Below are positions 17,963-28,682 of a DNA stretch of 64,000 bases, piece by piece. Positions within the stretch are counted from its first letter, which is position 1; each line of letters opens with the position of its first letter. Both the position numbers and the translations under genes were made by a program. Origin of the DNA: a virus; IMG/VR virus record IMGVR_UViG_3300032896_000001, positions 32,001 through 96,000 of that record; one strand, 5' to 3'. Below the pieces are notes generated by a model. The model did no database searches and was not told where the DNA came from. It saw nothing but the letters and a program-made list of their open reading frames with translations.

Positions 17963-18946
17963 GTGGCTTACCCAGCCCTAACAGAGCGCCCAGGATCGCT
18001 GTCCGCCACCGGCTTCGCGGTGGAGACCGACTTCGGGGAAGCGGTCAGCGCGACCACATTTCTCCCCATGACCAGCAACGGGATGGAGTACGACCCGGGC
18101 TGGTTCTCCCCGACGCTGATGATGGGCGACCGGGACAAGCAGGTTTTCAACCTCGAGGGCGAGGCGAAGAACGTCGGGACGATCGAGGGGCCGCTGTTCC
18201 CCTCGAACGCGATCCCGCTGCTGGTCGCGGCGATCGGCACGGACGCGGTGACGGGCTCGTCGCCGTCGTACACGCACACTTTGAGCCAGGCGAACACGCT
18301 CGCGTCGCTGACGGTCGAGAAGAACCTCGGCAACTACCAGAGCCTGCAATTCGCCGGGTGCAGGGTCGGGAAGTTCTCGGTCAAGGCGCCGGTCGGCAAC
18401 GACCCGGTGATGATCAGCGCGGACATGTCCGGGCAGTCGGTGGCGATCCTCACCAGCCCGACCGCGATCAGCGTCACGAACGAGCTGCCGTGGGTGTTCT
18501 CCGAGGCGTCGTTCTCCCTCGGCGGGTCGGCCCGCGCGGACATCACGAACGTGACGCTCGACATCGACAACGGGCTGAAGGAGACCTGGACGTACTCGGG
18601 CGAGCACGGGCCGTCGTTCATCACCCCGGTCAGCCTTCACGTCTCCGGCACCTGCGACGTCGTGTGGACGAGCCTGAACGCGGCGACGTACGGCGACTTC
18701 ACCACGATGCTCGACCAGACCCTCGGGGCGCTGTCGCTCTCGTTCACCCACCCCGGGGGGAGCGGCGCGTCGGTCACGTTCAACTGCCCGCAAGTCGTCC
18801 TGAGCAAGTTTGGGGCAGATCTAAAATTCGACGACGTAATCATGTCGAGCTGGTCCTGGGAGGCGAGCCGCCCGCTAAGCGGCGGCAGCGAGTACACCAT
18901 CCAGGCGGTCGTGGTGAACTCGGTTTCCACCGCCTACACCGGCTGA
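17963..18946 (+). CDS. Major tail (tube) protein
   Basis: AGGAGG RBS; ETDFG..YTHT..SLTVEK..FAGCRV; followed by a terminator. Confidence 0.8.
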   Translation: MAYPALTERPGSLSATGFAVETDFGEAVSATTFLPMTSNGMEYDPGWFSPTLMMGDRDKQVFNLEGEAKNVGTIEGPLFPSNAIPLLVAAIGTDAVTGSSPSYTHTLSQANTLASLTVEKNLGNYQSLQFAGCRVGKFSVKAPVGNDPVMISADMSGQSVAILTSPTAISVTNELPWVFSEASFSLGGSARADITNVTLDIDNGLKETWTYSGEHGPSFITPVSLHVSGTCDVVWTSLNAATYGDFTTMLDQTLGALSLSFTHPGGSGASVTFNCPQVVLSKFGADLKFDDVIMSSWSWEASRPLSGGSEYTIQAVVVNSVSTAYTG

Positions 18947-18969
18947 CCTGCGTCTTCCTAGCCATTCTC

Positions 18970-19000
18970 AGCCCCTCGGATAACCGTCCGAGGGCTTTTT
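18970..19000 (+). terminator. Intrinsic terminator
   Basis: CCCTCGGA/TCCGAGGG + TTTTT. Confidence 0.75.
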
Positions 19001-19028
19001 CATTCCCGCACAAGAAAGGCTTTCCCGC

Positions 19029-19529
19029 GTGGGCTTTCTCGCCGCATCCGGTTACGAGGGCACCGAGGAGATAGACCTCGGCAACGGGTACTGGGTGAAA
19101 ATCAAAAAGTGCATCAGCCACGCCGAGTACCAGCGGGTCCAGGACCACCTCGGCGGCGGCAAGATGAGCGTGAACATGGACGGGAACCGGTTCGCGCAGA
19201 TGGACGTGGGCGCCTCCCAGGTGGAGCTCGTCGCCGCCTCCGTCGTCGACTGGAACCTCGACGACGACAACGGGGAGAAGTGGCCGCTGACCCCGCCGGC
19301 CGCCCTGAAGGCGAGCCTCGCCCGCCTGCCGGCCCCCGCGTTCATGAAGGTCTACAAGGCGTGCGACGAGCTGAACGGCCCCCGCAAGGGGACTGATGCC
19401 GTCAACTTTCCTGACGAGCCTGTCGGCGGCGATACGGATGGGGACGGCGGGGCCTCCGATATTCCAGAAGTTCCTGATGGAGCGGGAATGGTGGACGCAG
19501 CTGGGGATGGCGGGCACGCCGCTTTCTGA
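19029..19529 (+). CDS. Tail assembly chaperone (G)
   Basis: Between tail tube and TMP; VVDWNLDD. Confidence 0.75.
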   Translation: MGFLAASGYEGTEEIDLGNGYWVKIKKCISHAEYQRVQDHLGGGKMSVNMDGNRFAQMDVGASQVELVAASVVDWNLDDDNGEKWPLTPPAALKASLARLPAPAFMKVYKACDELNGPRKGTDAVNFPDEPVGGDTDGDGGASDIPEVPDGAGMVDAAGDGGHAAF

Positions 19530-19626
19530 GCGGCCCCACCGGGAAGTCGCCGACTACGAGCTGATCATCGCGATGCTGCGGCGAGACGAGAACGCCCGCG
19601 CCGCGCAGGCGAACAGGCGCAAGTAA
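19408..19626 (+). CDS. Tail assembly chaperone T extension (frameshift product)
   Basis: +1 frame FLTSLS..EREWW..PHREVADY; no RBS or start of its own. Confidence 0.65.
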   Translation, partial: FLTSLSAAIRMGTAGPPIFQKFLMEREWWTQLGMAGTPLSERPHREVADYELIIAMLRRDENARAAQANRRK

Positions 19627-19664
19627 GCCGCACCGGCCCCCCTTACCCCGTCTGGCGGTGAGCG

Positions 19665-22600
19665 GTGGCAGGCGCCGAGAGCTTTACCGTGCTTGCGATC
19701 CTCGAGGCCCGTGATGCGGCCAGCGAGATCTTCGCCAAGATCGACGAGTCTCTCGACAAGTTCGGCGAGACCGCGGCGAAGGCGGCGGAGACCGCCAGGG
19801 GCGCGGGCGACAGCATCGACGAGTCGCTGCTCCACACCGCCTCCGGCGCCGACGCCCTGGACCTCGCGACCGCCCGGGTGGTCGCGACCCAGGAGAAGGC
19901 GACGCGGACGGCGGAGGCGCAGGCCGATGCCGAGCGGGCGCTGCTGGAGGCGTACCGGGCCTCGCAAGGGGCGGCGGACGACGATGTCGCCTCGCAGTAC
20001 CGGCTCCTGGAGGCCCAGCAGCTGCTGACCGCCAAGTCGAAGGAGAACGCGGCGGCGCAGAAGGACCTGAGCGCCGCGCAGAAACTCCAGGCCGACACGG
20101 CCGAGGCGGCGGCCGCGAAGAACGACGAGGCGGCCGCCAGCACGACCGCCGTGAAGGACGCCAGCGAGGCCGGCGGGATCAGCCTCGGCACGATGGGGAA
20201 GGTCGCGGGCATCACCGCCCTGGGCCTCGGGGTCGCGGCGGCGGTCATGGTCAAGGCCGCCGGGAACTTCCAGTCCAGCACCACCCACCTGGTCACTGAC
20301 GCGGGCGAGTCCGCGTCGAAGCTCGCCATGGTGCAGGCCGGGATCCTGAACGTGTCGACGGCGACCGGCACCGCGGCCTCCGACGTCACGACCGCGATGT
20401 ACCACATCGAGTCCGGCGGGATGCACGCCCAGGAGGGGCTGAACGTCCTGAAGGTCGCCGCGGAGGGCGCGAAGGTCGGCAACGCGGACCTCGGCACCGT
20501 GTCCCAGACGCTCGTCGGCACCCTGAACGCCTACTACGGCAGCACGATGAACGCGGGCAACGCGACGCAGCGGTCCACGTCGATGATGAACGAGCTCATC
20601 GCGATCGTCGGGTCCGGCGACATGACGATGCAGCAGCTCGCCTCCTCCATCTCCTCTGTCGCGCCGATCGCGTCGAAGGCCGGCATCAGCCTCGCCCAGG
20701 TCGGCGGCGCGATCGCCACGATGACCAGCCAGAACATGTCCGCCAACCAGGCGACGCAGGATCTCGCGCACACCATCAGCGCCCTGCAGAACCCGTCGTC
20801 GATCCAGACGGCGGAGATGGCTCAGCTCGGCCTGAGCTCGACGAAGGTCAGCCAGAACCTCGGCAAGGAAGGGCTCACCGGGACCATCGCCACGCTGACC
20901 GGCGCGATCACATCGCACATGGGACCGGCCGGCACCGTCCTCATGAACGCCTTCAACCAGAGCAAGACCGCCTCGGCGGACGCGAACACGATGCTGTCGA
21001 AGCTGCCCGCCTCGATCCAGTCGGTCGCCAAGGGGTACCTCGACGGGACGGTCAGCTACAACACCTGGTACGCGGCGACGAAGAGCCTGCCGCTGGTGGC
21101 GCGGACGATGGCGGACCAGTTCGCGTCGACCGCCGGGAAGGCCCACGGGTTCAACAGCATCCTGGCCGCCGGGGGCCCCGCGGCGCAGACCTACAGCGCG
21201 GCGCTGTCGAAGATGATGGGCGGCCAGATGGGCCTCAACACGGCCCTGATGCTGTCCGGGAAGAACCAGGGGACTTTCGACAAGAACGCCGCGACCGCCG
21301 CGAGGGCCGCCGCCGCGGGGGGGTCCGCCGTCCAGAACTGGGCGGCGATCCAGGGGACGTTCAACCAGAAGGTCGACGTCGCGAAGACCGGCATCGAGAA
21401 CACCGGCATCGCGATCGGGACCGCCCTGCTGCCCGCCGTGACGTCGGTCCTGTCGGCGATCACCCGGGTCATCATCCCGATCGCGGAGTGGACCGCCAAG
21501 CACCGGACCCTCACCGAGGTCATCTTCGTCTCGGTGACCGCGATCGCCGCCGTGATCGCGGTCATCGCGATAGCGAAGAAGGCGTTCGACGCCGTGTCCG
21601 GCGCGGTGAAGACCGTGCAGGCCACCCTCAAGGCGCTCGGGATCATCTCCAAGGAGACCGCCGACACGCAGGCCGCCTCGGCCGAGTCCGCCGCGGCGGC
21701 GCAGGAGTCGTCGTCGGCGGAGGCCTCGGCGGCGATGACGGCGGACGCCGAGGAGGTCGCGGCCGCCAACGACGAGGCGGCCGCAGAGTCGTCGGCGTCC
21801 TGGCTGACGGCCGCGACCGAGCAGATCGCCACGGCCGCCGGGTGGGTGGCCGAGCAGGCGGTCAAGGTCGCCTCGGTCGTCGCGTCCAACGTGGCGGCCG
21901 CCGCGACGACCGCGGGGGCGTGGGTCGCTGCGGGGGCGCAGCAGGTCGCCGGGGCGGCCGTGTGGGTGGCGCAGACCGTCGCGAAGGTCGCCGTCATCGT
22001 CGCGAGCAACGTGGCCGGGGCGGCCGTCACCCTGGCGGCGTGGGTCGCGGCGAACGCCGCGATGCTGCTGGGGATCGCCCTGATCGTCGCCGCCGTCGTC
22101 GCGGCGGTCCTGTTGATCGTCAAGTACTGGAAGCAGATCTCGGACGCCGCCAAGGAGGCGTTCGATTTCGTGATCCAGATCGCCGAGACCGTATTCGACT
22201 GGGTGAAGGCGCACTGGCCGCTGCTGCTCGCGATCCTGCTCGGGCCGTTCGCCGTCGCGGCGCTGGAGATCGCCGCCCACTACAAGCAGATCCTCAAGGC
22301 CGTGTCCGACGCGATCGACTGGGTGAAGTCCAACTGGCCGCGCCTGCTGGAAATTCTTACCGAGCCGATCGATTCTGCTGTCACGTGGATAGAACAGAGA
22401 TTCGATCAGATACGGTCCGGGGCGGCGTCCCTCGTCGGCGACCTGGTCCATTTCTTCACCACGCTTCCCTCTCGCATCATCGGCGCCCTCGGCAACGTCG
22501 GCTCGATGCTGTTCGGCGCCGGCGAGAAGATCATCCAGGGGCTCATCAACGGCATCGAGAACATGGTCGGCTCGGTGGGGTCCGCGATCGGGTCGATCGC

Positions 22601-22985
22601 CTCGACCATCAAGTCGTTCCTGCCGTTCTCCCCGGCCAAGCGCGGCCCGCTGTCCGGGGCGGGCGACCCGTCGAACTCCGGCAAGTCGATCGCGAAGAAG
22701 CTCGCGCAGGGGATCACCGCCGGGAAGGGCGAGGTCGCCGCGGCCGCGCACGCGCTCGCCGGGTCGGTGACGACCGGGACGTCCGGGGGCATGGGCGGGC
22801 TCGCGCTCAGCGCCGCCGGCGGCGCGGGCGCGGCGGCCGCGGGCGCGGGGGGCGTGAACCTCACCATCGACCTGCGCGGGGCGTCGATCATGAGCGACAG
22901 CGACGTCAACAACCTGGTGCGCAAGCTCGGGCCGGCCGTTGTGAAGGCTCTGAACCAGGCCGGGATCAAGGTGAGGATGCCTTGA
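19665..22985 (+). CDS. Tape measure protein
   Basis: 1106 aa, Ala-rich helical, periodic W/F, LPFSPAKRGPLSG. Confidence 0.95.
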   Translation: MAGAESFTVLAILEARDAASEIFAKIDESLDKFGETAAKAAETARGAGDSIDESLLHTASGADALDLATARVVATQEKATRTAEAQADAERALLEAYRASQGAADDDVASQYRLLEAQQLLTAKSKENAAAQKDLSAAQKLQADTAEAAAAKNDEAAASTTAVKDASEAGGISLGTMGKVAGITALGLGVAAAVMVKAAGNFQSSTTHLVTDAGESASKLAMVQAGILNVSTATGTAASDVTTAMYHIESGGMHAQEGLNVLKVAAEGAKVGNADLGTVSQTLVGTLNAYYGSTMNAGNATQRSTSMMNELIAIVGSGDMTMQQLASSISSVAPIASKAGISLAQVGGAIATMTSQNMSANQATQDLAHTISALQNPSSIQTAEMAQLGLSSTKVSQNLGKEGLTGTIATLTGAITSHMGPAGTVLMNAFNQSKTASADANTMLSKLPASIQSVAKGYLDGTVSYNTWYAATKSLPLVARTMADQFASTAGKAHGFNSILAAGGPAAQTYSAALSKMMGGQMGLNTALMLSGKNQGTFDKNAATAARAAAAGGSAVQNWAAIQGTFNQKVDVAKTGIENTGIAIGTALLPAVTSVLSAITRVIIPIAEWTAKHRTLTEVIFVSVTAIAAVIAVIAIAKKAFDAVSGAVKTVQATLKALGIISKETADTQAASAESAAAAQESSSAEASAAMTADAEEVAAANDEAAAESSASWLTAATEQIATAAGWVAEQAVKVASVVASNVAAAATTAGAWVAAGAQQVAGAAVWVAQTVAKVAVIVASNVAGAAVTLAAWVAANAAMLLGIALIVAAVVAAVLLIVKYWKQISDAAKEAFDFVIQIAETVFDWVKAHWPLLLAILLGPFAVAALEIAAHYKQILKAVSDAIDWVKSNWPRLLEILTEPIDSAVTWIEQRFDQIRSGAASLVGDLVHFFTTLPSRIIGALGNVGSMLFGAGEKIIQGLINGIENMVGSVGSAIGSIASTIKSFLPFSPAKRGPLSGAGDPSNSGKSIAKKLAQGITAGKGEVAAAAHALAGSVTTGTSGGMGGLALSAAGGAGAAAAGAGGVNLTIDLRGASIMSDSDVNNLVRKLGPAVVKALNQAGIKVRMP

Positions 22986-23007
22986 CGCGCAGGGCGGGGG
23001 GGTCTGC

Positions 23008-24390
23008 GTGGTCGCCAGGCCGAACCTGACCCTGACCCTCACCCCTCCGGGCGGCAGCCCGGTCCAGGTTCAGTCGATGCTCGCCTACGAGGGCCACAGC
23101 AACGACTTCACCATCACGCAGAACTTCGGCCGGCAGGGCGACACCGCGTCGTTCCCGCTGGTCGACGAGTACTCGGGGACGCCGAACCTGGCCTATGTCG
23201 AGCCGATGACGCTGGTGTCGCTTTACGACGGGAACTGCTCGCAGACGCTGTTCGCCGGGGTCGTCAGCGACCCGAACCTGTCGCCGACGAGCCCGACCCG
23301 CAACGAGTGGACGCTCAACTGCACCGACTACACCTATTACGCGGACAAAGCGATCGTGCACGGCGTCTACAACGGGCTGACCGCGGACGTGGTGATCGTC
23401 GACCTGGTGGCGCAGGCGAACTGCGGGATCAGCGCCGCGACGGTCGCGGACGGCGGGTTCGTCGCCCCGGGTCCGGTGCTGCCGAACCTGATCCTCAACT
23501 ACGGCAGCCTGAGCGACGCGTGGCGGAAGCTGGCGACCCTCGCCGGGGCGGCGACCCCGTACGGGTGGTACGTCGACCAGAACCGGGCGCTCCACTTCTT
23601 CGACGCGAGCACGGCGATCGACTCCGGGGTGACGGTCACCACGACGCCGACCGTCGGCGGGTCGACGACCCAGTGCCACATGCTGCTCGACAATACGAAC
23701 AATTACGAGTGGGATGGCACATCATTGCACAATAAGGTACTTGTGCAGGGCGCCACCCAGACGATCTCGCAGCCGACGAGCGGGCCCGCCACGGACGTGT
23801 GGCTCGCCGACGGCGCGCAGCAGGCATGGCCGCTCCGCTACACCGTCTCCGGCACCCCGTCGCTGACCGTCGGCGGCGTCAGCCAGACCGTGACGTCGGT
23901 GACGCCCGGGACCGCCTCCCCGTCCGGCTGGTCATGCCAGCAGAACGCGTTCGGCCAGTACTTCCTCTGGTCGTCGACCCCGCCCGGCGCCGGGAACGTC
24001 ATCGAATGCTGGTACTCCTACCAGGTGCCCGTCGTCGCCCAGGCCACCGACTACAGCTCCGTCGCCACCTACAACGGGCCGAACGGCGGGGTCTTCGCCG
24101 AGTTCATCTCCGACACGACCCTCACGACCGCGCCGATGGCATTGGCCCGCGCGCAGCAGGAACGGCAGGAGTACGCGTTCGCCGCCGAGAAGTGCACCTT
24201 CAACACCAGCGAGGACTTCCTCGGCTGGGTGAGGGCCGGCGACACCTTCACCTACGTGAACCAGTTCATCCCCGACTCCGAGCGGTCATGGGCGCTCGGG
24301 GTGAACGACACGTTCATCTGCACCGCGAACACCATCACGTTCGGCACCGGCGGTTATCGCCAAATGCAGCCGACCGGGGTCCGGCTCTGA
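23008..24390 (+). CDS. Minor tail / tail-tip hub protein
   Basis: Follows TMP; WYVDQNRALHFF. Confidence 0.7.
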   Translation: MVARPNLTLTLTPPGGSPVQVQSMLAYEGHSNDFTITQNFGRQGDTASFPLVDEYSGTPNLAYVEPMTLVSLYDGNCSQTLFAGVVSDPNLSPTSPTRNEWTLNCTDYTYYADKAIVHGVYNGLTADVVIVDLVAQANCGISAATVADGGFVAPGPVLPNLILNYGSLSDAWRKLATLAGAATPYGWYVDQNRALHFFDASTAIDSGVTVTTTPTVGGSTTQCHMLLDNTNNYEWDGTSLHNKVLVQGATQTISQPTSGPATDVWLADGAQQAWPLRYTVSGTPSLTVGGVSQTVTSVTPGTASPSGWSCQQNAFGQYFLWSSTPPGAGNVIECWYSYQVPVVAQATDYSSVATYNGPNGGVFAEFISDTTLTTAPMALARAQQERQEYAFAAEKCTFNTSEDFLGWVRAGDTFTYVNQFIPDSERSWALGVNDTFICTANTITFGTGGYRQMQPTGVRL

Positions 24391-24485
24391 CGTGAAGAGC
24401 AAGGGCGGGGCTTAACCGGACGTGACCCGGAGGCGCTCCCGCCGCCCAAGCCACGCCTACATGATAACCGGGGGTGGCCTGACCG

Positions 24486-24695
24486 ATGCCCGGCGTCTTC
24501 CGCCCGTCCACACTCGCGGACGTCCTCAACACGATCCAGCAGCAGGCGATCGGCGACACCGACACCAGCGTCTCCGGGGTCGGCTACATCGCGGAGGCCG
24601 ACGACCAGATGACCGTGGCCGACTCCGCGACCGCGACGGCCGGGACGAACCCGACGTGGGGAAACGGCGAGTGGGGCTCGGTGGCCTGGTCATGA
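24486..24695 (+). CDS. Small tail protein
   Basis: Ends WGNGEWG; coupled to next gene. Confidence 0.6.
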   Translation: MPGVFRPSTLADVLNTIQQQAIGDTDTSVSGVGYIAEADDQMTVADSATATAGTNPTWGNGEWGSVAWS

Positions 24696-25213
24696 TCGCC
24701 GCCGAGGGCATCCCGCTGAACGGCCGGCTGTCGGTCTCCGTCATCCGCCCGGACGGCACGATCCGCGACCGGCGCGAGGGCCGCAACGTCGTCTGCGCCG
24801 CCGGGTACACCGCGCTCGCGGCGGCGCTCGTGTGGTCCGGGATCCAGGACCAGGCGAACAACCTCGGCGTCACCTCCCCGACCTTCCTGACTCCCCTGTA
24901 CGGGGCGGTCGGCAGCGGCTCCGGCACCCCGGCCAACAGCGACACGGCGCTGTTCTCCGAGCTCGGCCGGCAGACGGTCGGGGCGGGGGCGTCGAGCCCG
25001 GCCACGTCGAGCATCCCGGCCGAGGCGACGTTCCTCTTCTACTTCCCGCAGCAGCTCGCGACGTGGACCGTCACCGAGGCGGGGGCGTTCGCCGGGGGAA
25101 CCTCCGCGGCGGGGTCGGGGACGCTGCTCGACCACTGGGCGTTCAGCCCGTCCGTCACCGTGCCCACAACCGACACGCTGCTTTTGCAGATCAGTCTGCT
25201 GCTAGGGCCTTGA
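24692..25213 (+). CDS. Minor tail protein
   Basis: NVV..G..AVGSG..P..SDTALFSELGR..VTEAG. Confidence 0.7.
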   Translation: MIAAEGIPLNGRLSVSVIRPDGTIRDRREGRNVVCAAGYTALAAALVWSGIQDQANNLGVTSPTFLTPLYGAVGSGSGTPANSDTALFSELGRQTVGAGASSPATSSIPAEATFLFYFPQQLATWTVTEAGAFAGGTSAAGSGTLLDHWAFSPSVTVPTTDTLLLQISLLLGP

Positions 25214-25294
25214 ATTCGAAAACAGCCGCTCGCAGCGCCATCTTACCGGGCCTGCCGCCCCCGCGCTCGTTCTCGCAGTCACCGGGGGTGAGCG

Positions 25295-26017
25295 TTGCCC
25301 ACCCCGGCATGGCTAGGCGCGACCAGCGGATACAACGCGTACGCAGGCCAGATAAACCAATTCTTGGGCGTTCACGCCATTTCGTACATTTATCAGGGCG
25401 TCGAGACCGCCATCGAGCCGACCCTCGGGAGCGGGACCGTGAGCAGCGACGGGCTTTACGTCGCCCAGTCGTTCGCGACCGCCGCGGGCCAGACCGCGAT
25501 CGGGTACGTCACGGCGGAGGTCGGGGTCACGGGGTCGCCGGGGCCGCTGGCGGTCAGTGTCCAGGCGAGCTCCGGCGGGGCGCCGTCGGGGACGGCGCTG
25601 GTGACGACGATGCTCCCGGAGGAGCTCGCGGGGACTCCCGCGTCGGTGATGCTCCCGGTGACCGGGCTCACGGCGGCCACGACGTACTGGATCGTCTTCG
25701 CCGCGGCCGGCGACGCGAGCGACTACTTCACCCTTTACAAGAGCAACCAGACCTCCGGCGTTTCCACCAGCGCGAACGGCACGTCGTGGACCGCGCAGGC
25801 TTACGGGATCGTGTACGCCGTGTACGACCAGTCGCCCGTCGCGCCGCTCGCGGGCACATGGGAGGACTCCGGGGCCCGCTGGACGGCCCTGGCCTACAAC
25901 GGGTCCGGGCAGCTGTCGGGGCTGAAGGAGTTCACGACGGGGCAGTCCGCGGCCGGCTACACGGCGTCGTCCCGGGCGCTGTCGTACTCCGGGACGCTCC
26001 CGGCGGGGGTGGCCTAG
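25295..26017 (+). CDS. Tail protein, paralogue of 26623-28506
   Basis: VAQSF..YWIV; TWEDSGAR. Confidence 0.7.
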   Translation: MPTPAWLGATSGYNAYAGQINQFLGVHAISYIYQGVETAIEPTLGSGTVSSDGLYVAQSFATAAGQTAIGYVTAEVGVTGSPGPLAVSVQASSGGAPSGTALVTTMLPEELAGTPASVMLPVTGLTAATTYWIVFAAAGDASDYFTLYKSNQTSGVSTSANGTSWTAQAYGIVYAVYDQSPVAPLAGTWEDSGARWTALAYNGSGQLSGLKEFTTGQSAAGYTASSRALSYSGTLPAGVA

Positions 26018-26587
26018 ATGGCGAGCACGATCGAGCTGCTGCTGCTCGCCCTGCGGGACTCCCGGCCGCCCGTCGCCTCGTGGACGAGCATCGCGACCCA
26101 CGCCAACGCGAACTCGACGACGCCGCTGCAGCTCACCGACGCGTGGACGATCCCCGCCTACGACGCGCAGCCGGGCACCATCTACGAGGTGGAGTGCCCG
26201 TTCTCCGGGCTGTGGGAGGGCGAGGCGCTCACCTTCGAGATCAGCGTCGACGGGTCGTCCTCGGGGATAGCGGACGTCACGGTCGGCGCCGTGTTCCTCT
26301 CCTCGGCGACCACGTTCGCGGGGACGGTGCGGGCGAAGATCCAGTTCACCGCGACGGGGGCGTCCGGGAACTTCACGGCGTTCATCGACGGGACGATGGG
26401 CGACCTGGCGGCGAACCGGATCTCCGGGTCCAGCGGGAACACGGTGACGCTCAACGGGCAGGGGCTCACGAACGCCCTGAACACCACCACGTCGCACACC
26501 ATCCAGCTCAGCACGGCATGGGGCGCGGCGGCGACGGGGCAGACGGTCACCGGGCAGGGCAGCACGTACACCCGGAAGGGCCCGTGA
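26018..26587 (+). CDS. Tail-associated beta-rich protein
   Basis: Abuts previous gene. Confidence 0.65.
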   Translation: MASTIELLLLALRDSRPPVASWTSIATHANANSTTPLQLTDAWTIPAYDAQPGTIYEVECPFSGLWEGEALTFEISVDGSSSGIADVTVGAVFLSSATTFAGTVRAKIQFTATGASGNFTAFIDGTMGDLAANRISGSSGNTVTLNGQGLTNALNTTTSHTIQLSTAWGAAATGQTVTGQGSTYTRKGP

Positions 26588-26622
26588 CGGCGCCCCCTGG
26601 CCGGGAACCCTAGGCGGCCCCG

Positions 26623-28506
26623 GTGCCCTTCATCGTCGACGAGGGCGGCTCGGACGCGCTCCTCGCCGAGGACGGGAGCAGCCTCCTCGCCGAGAGCTCC
26701 ACGCCCGGGCCGGGATGGCAGGCGGCCCGCACGGGCCTGCCCGGCGACGCCAGCGCGGTCAACTACCCCGCCCAGGCCGGCCAGTTCCTCATCACCCACG
26801 CGATCGCCCCCGTGTACGCCGGGAACCAGATCGTCGCCTCGACGGGCGCGGCCGACTGGTCCGGCGTCCAGTGGGTGAGCCTCGGGGCCTCCGACGTCGA
26901 CCAGCCGTTCACGATGCCGTCCGGGTCGACCGCGGTCGGCCGGGTGACGCTTCCGCTGTCCCCGGCGGGGAACGGCGCCGACGTCACCGTGTCGCTGTGC
27001 GCGGACTCCGGCGGCGCCCCGGGCTCCGTCATCGTCTCGACCCGGGTCCCGGCGGCGCACCTGGCGCAGCTCGCCGCCCCGTCCGGCCTCGGGTCGGGCG
27101 GGCCGCTCGCGACCGCGCAGAGCAACACGATGATGTTCGGCGCCGGGACGACCGCCGCCTGGGCGCAGCCCGCCGTGTCGCTGAACGGCTCCGGGAACTA
27201 CGCCGCGCCCGTCACCAGCGGGAACTACACCATCCTGCTCGCCGGGTTCGACGCCACGGCGTCCGCCGCCGTGGCGACCGTGGCGACGATCGCCTACCTC
27301 GGCGGCGGCGCGATCTCGGGGCCCGTCCCGCAGCCGTCCGTGCCGCAGGCCGCGTTCCAGGCGATGGCCGCCGCCACCGCGGACACGGTCGTCTTCGCGG
27401 GCGGCACCAGCGGCCCCGGCCACTACTTCGCCAGCGTGTGGACCGCGTCGTGGGACCCGTCGACCGGGACGGTCGGGGCGTGGACCGCGCAGACGTCCCT
27501 CCCGGCGGCGGTCGTCTCGGGCGGCATGGCGGCGTCGGGCAGCACCGTCTACGTCGCCGGCGGGAACACCGCCGACACCGCCGCCACGTCGACCGCCGCG
27601 GTCTGGCAGGCCAGCGCCGTCAACGGGCAGATCCAGTCATGGGCGGCGGGCCCGTCGCTGCCGCAGGCGGTCAGCGGCCCCTACGTCGCGGTCGTGAACG
27701 GGTGGCTGGTCGTCGCCGGCGGCGCGAACGCCTCCGGGACGGCCGTCACGTCCGTGTGGTGCTCCCAGATCCAGGCGGACGGCTCCCTCGGGGGCTGGCA
27801 GCCGGGCCCGTCCCTGCCGGCCCCCGCCTACGCCTACTCGCCCGGCTGGAACCTCGCCGTCGCCGGGGACGCGATGTCCGTCGTCGCCGGCAGCACGACA
27901 GGCGGCGCCACCACCGAAACGCAGACGCTGACCGTGACCGCGGACGGCCCCGCCCCCGCATGGCAGGTCATGCAGGTCTACAACGCAGGCGGCCAGTGGC
28001 AGACCGCGGCCTACCCGGGCGCGGCCGGCGGGTCATGGGAGGTCTTCAACCTCCACCTCGCCACCTACGACACGGTCCCCCTCGTCCCCCTGCCGATGAT
28101 CTCCGTCCCGCTCCCCGCCACCGGCCTCACCTCCGGCGGGACCTACCACATCCTCTGCCACCAGGACGCCGGCGGCGACCTCAACGACTACACGACGCTC
28201 GGCCTCGACCCGTCCGCGCTCCCCGCCCCGGCGCAGACCCGGCCGAACGCCGGCGGGTCGTGGACCGGGCAGCCCGACGGGTACGCGGTCATCGCGTCCG
28301 TGTGGGACCAGACCCCCGGCGGGCGGATCCTCCACACCTGGGAGGATTCAGGCGCGAGGATCACGACCATGGTCTACGCCGGGGCGGGCGGGCAGCTCCT
28401 CGGCCTCTGCGAGGCGACGGAGTTCGAGGACGGGACGATGCTCGCCGCCGTCACCCAGGTCACCTACACCGGCTCGCTCCCGGCCGGGACCGTGCAGCTC
28501 GCGTAG
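26623..28506 (+). CDS. Tail protein with Kelch-like beta-propeller
   Basis: Repeats W..GPSLP..VYVAGG. Confidence 0.7.
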   Translation: MPFIVDEGGSDALLAEDGSSLLAESSTPGPGWQAARTGLPGDASAVNYPAQAGQFLITHAIAPVYAGNQIVASTGAADWSGVQWVSLGASDVDQPFTMPSGSTAVGRVTLPLSPAGNGADVTVSLCADSGGAPGSVIVSTRVPAAHLAQLAAPSGLGSGGPLATAQSNTMMFGAGTTAAWAQPAVSLNGSGNYAAPVTSGNYTILLAGFDATASAAVATVATIAYLGGGAISGPVPQPSVPQAAFQAMAAATADTVVFAGGTSGPGHYFASVWTASWDPSTGTVGAWTAQTSLPAAVVSGGMAASGSTVYVAGGNTADTAATSTAAVWQASAVNGQIQSWAAGPSLPQAVSGPYVAVVNGWLVVAGGANASGTAVTSVWCSQIQADGSLGGWQPGPSLPAPAYAYSPGWNLAVAGDAMSVVAGSTTGGATTETQTLTVTADGPAPAWQVMQVYNAGGQWQTAAYPGAAGGSWEVFNLHLATYDTVPLVPLPMISVPLPATGLTSGGTYHILCHQDAGGDLNDYTTLGLDPSALPAPAQTRPNAGGSWTGQPDGYAVIASVWDQTPGGRILHTWEDSGARITTMVYAGAGGQLLGLCEATEFEDGTMLAAVTQVTYTGSLPAGTVQLA

Positions 28507-28682
28507 GCATCTGACCGGCAGGCCGGGGAGGGGCGCGCAGCGGCGGTTTCTGCGGCTTCACGCCTCCTCGCCGCCGCCGAAGCGGAGCCGCGTCAGGCGG
28601 CGGGGCGCGCCCCTCTCCATCGCACGACTCGCCCGCAGGGCCCGGATGCGGACCGCCCGGAGCCGCCGCGAGGGAGGCGGCT

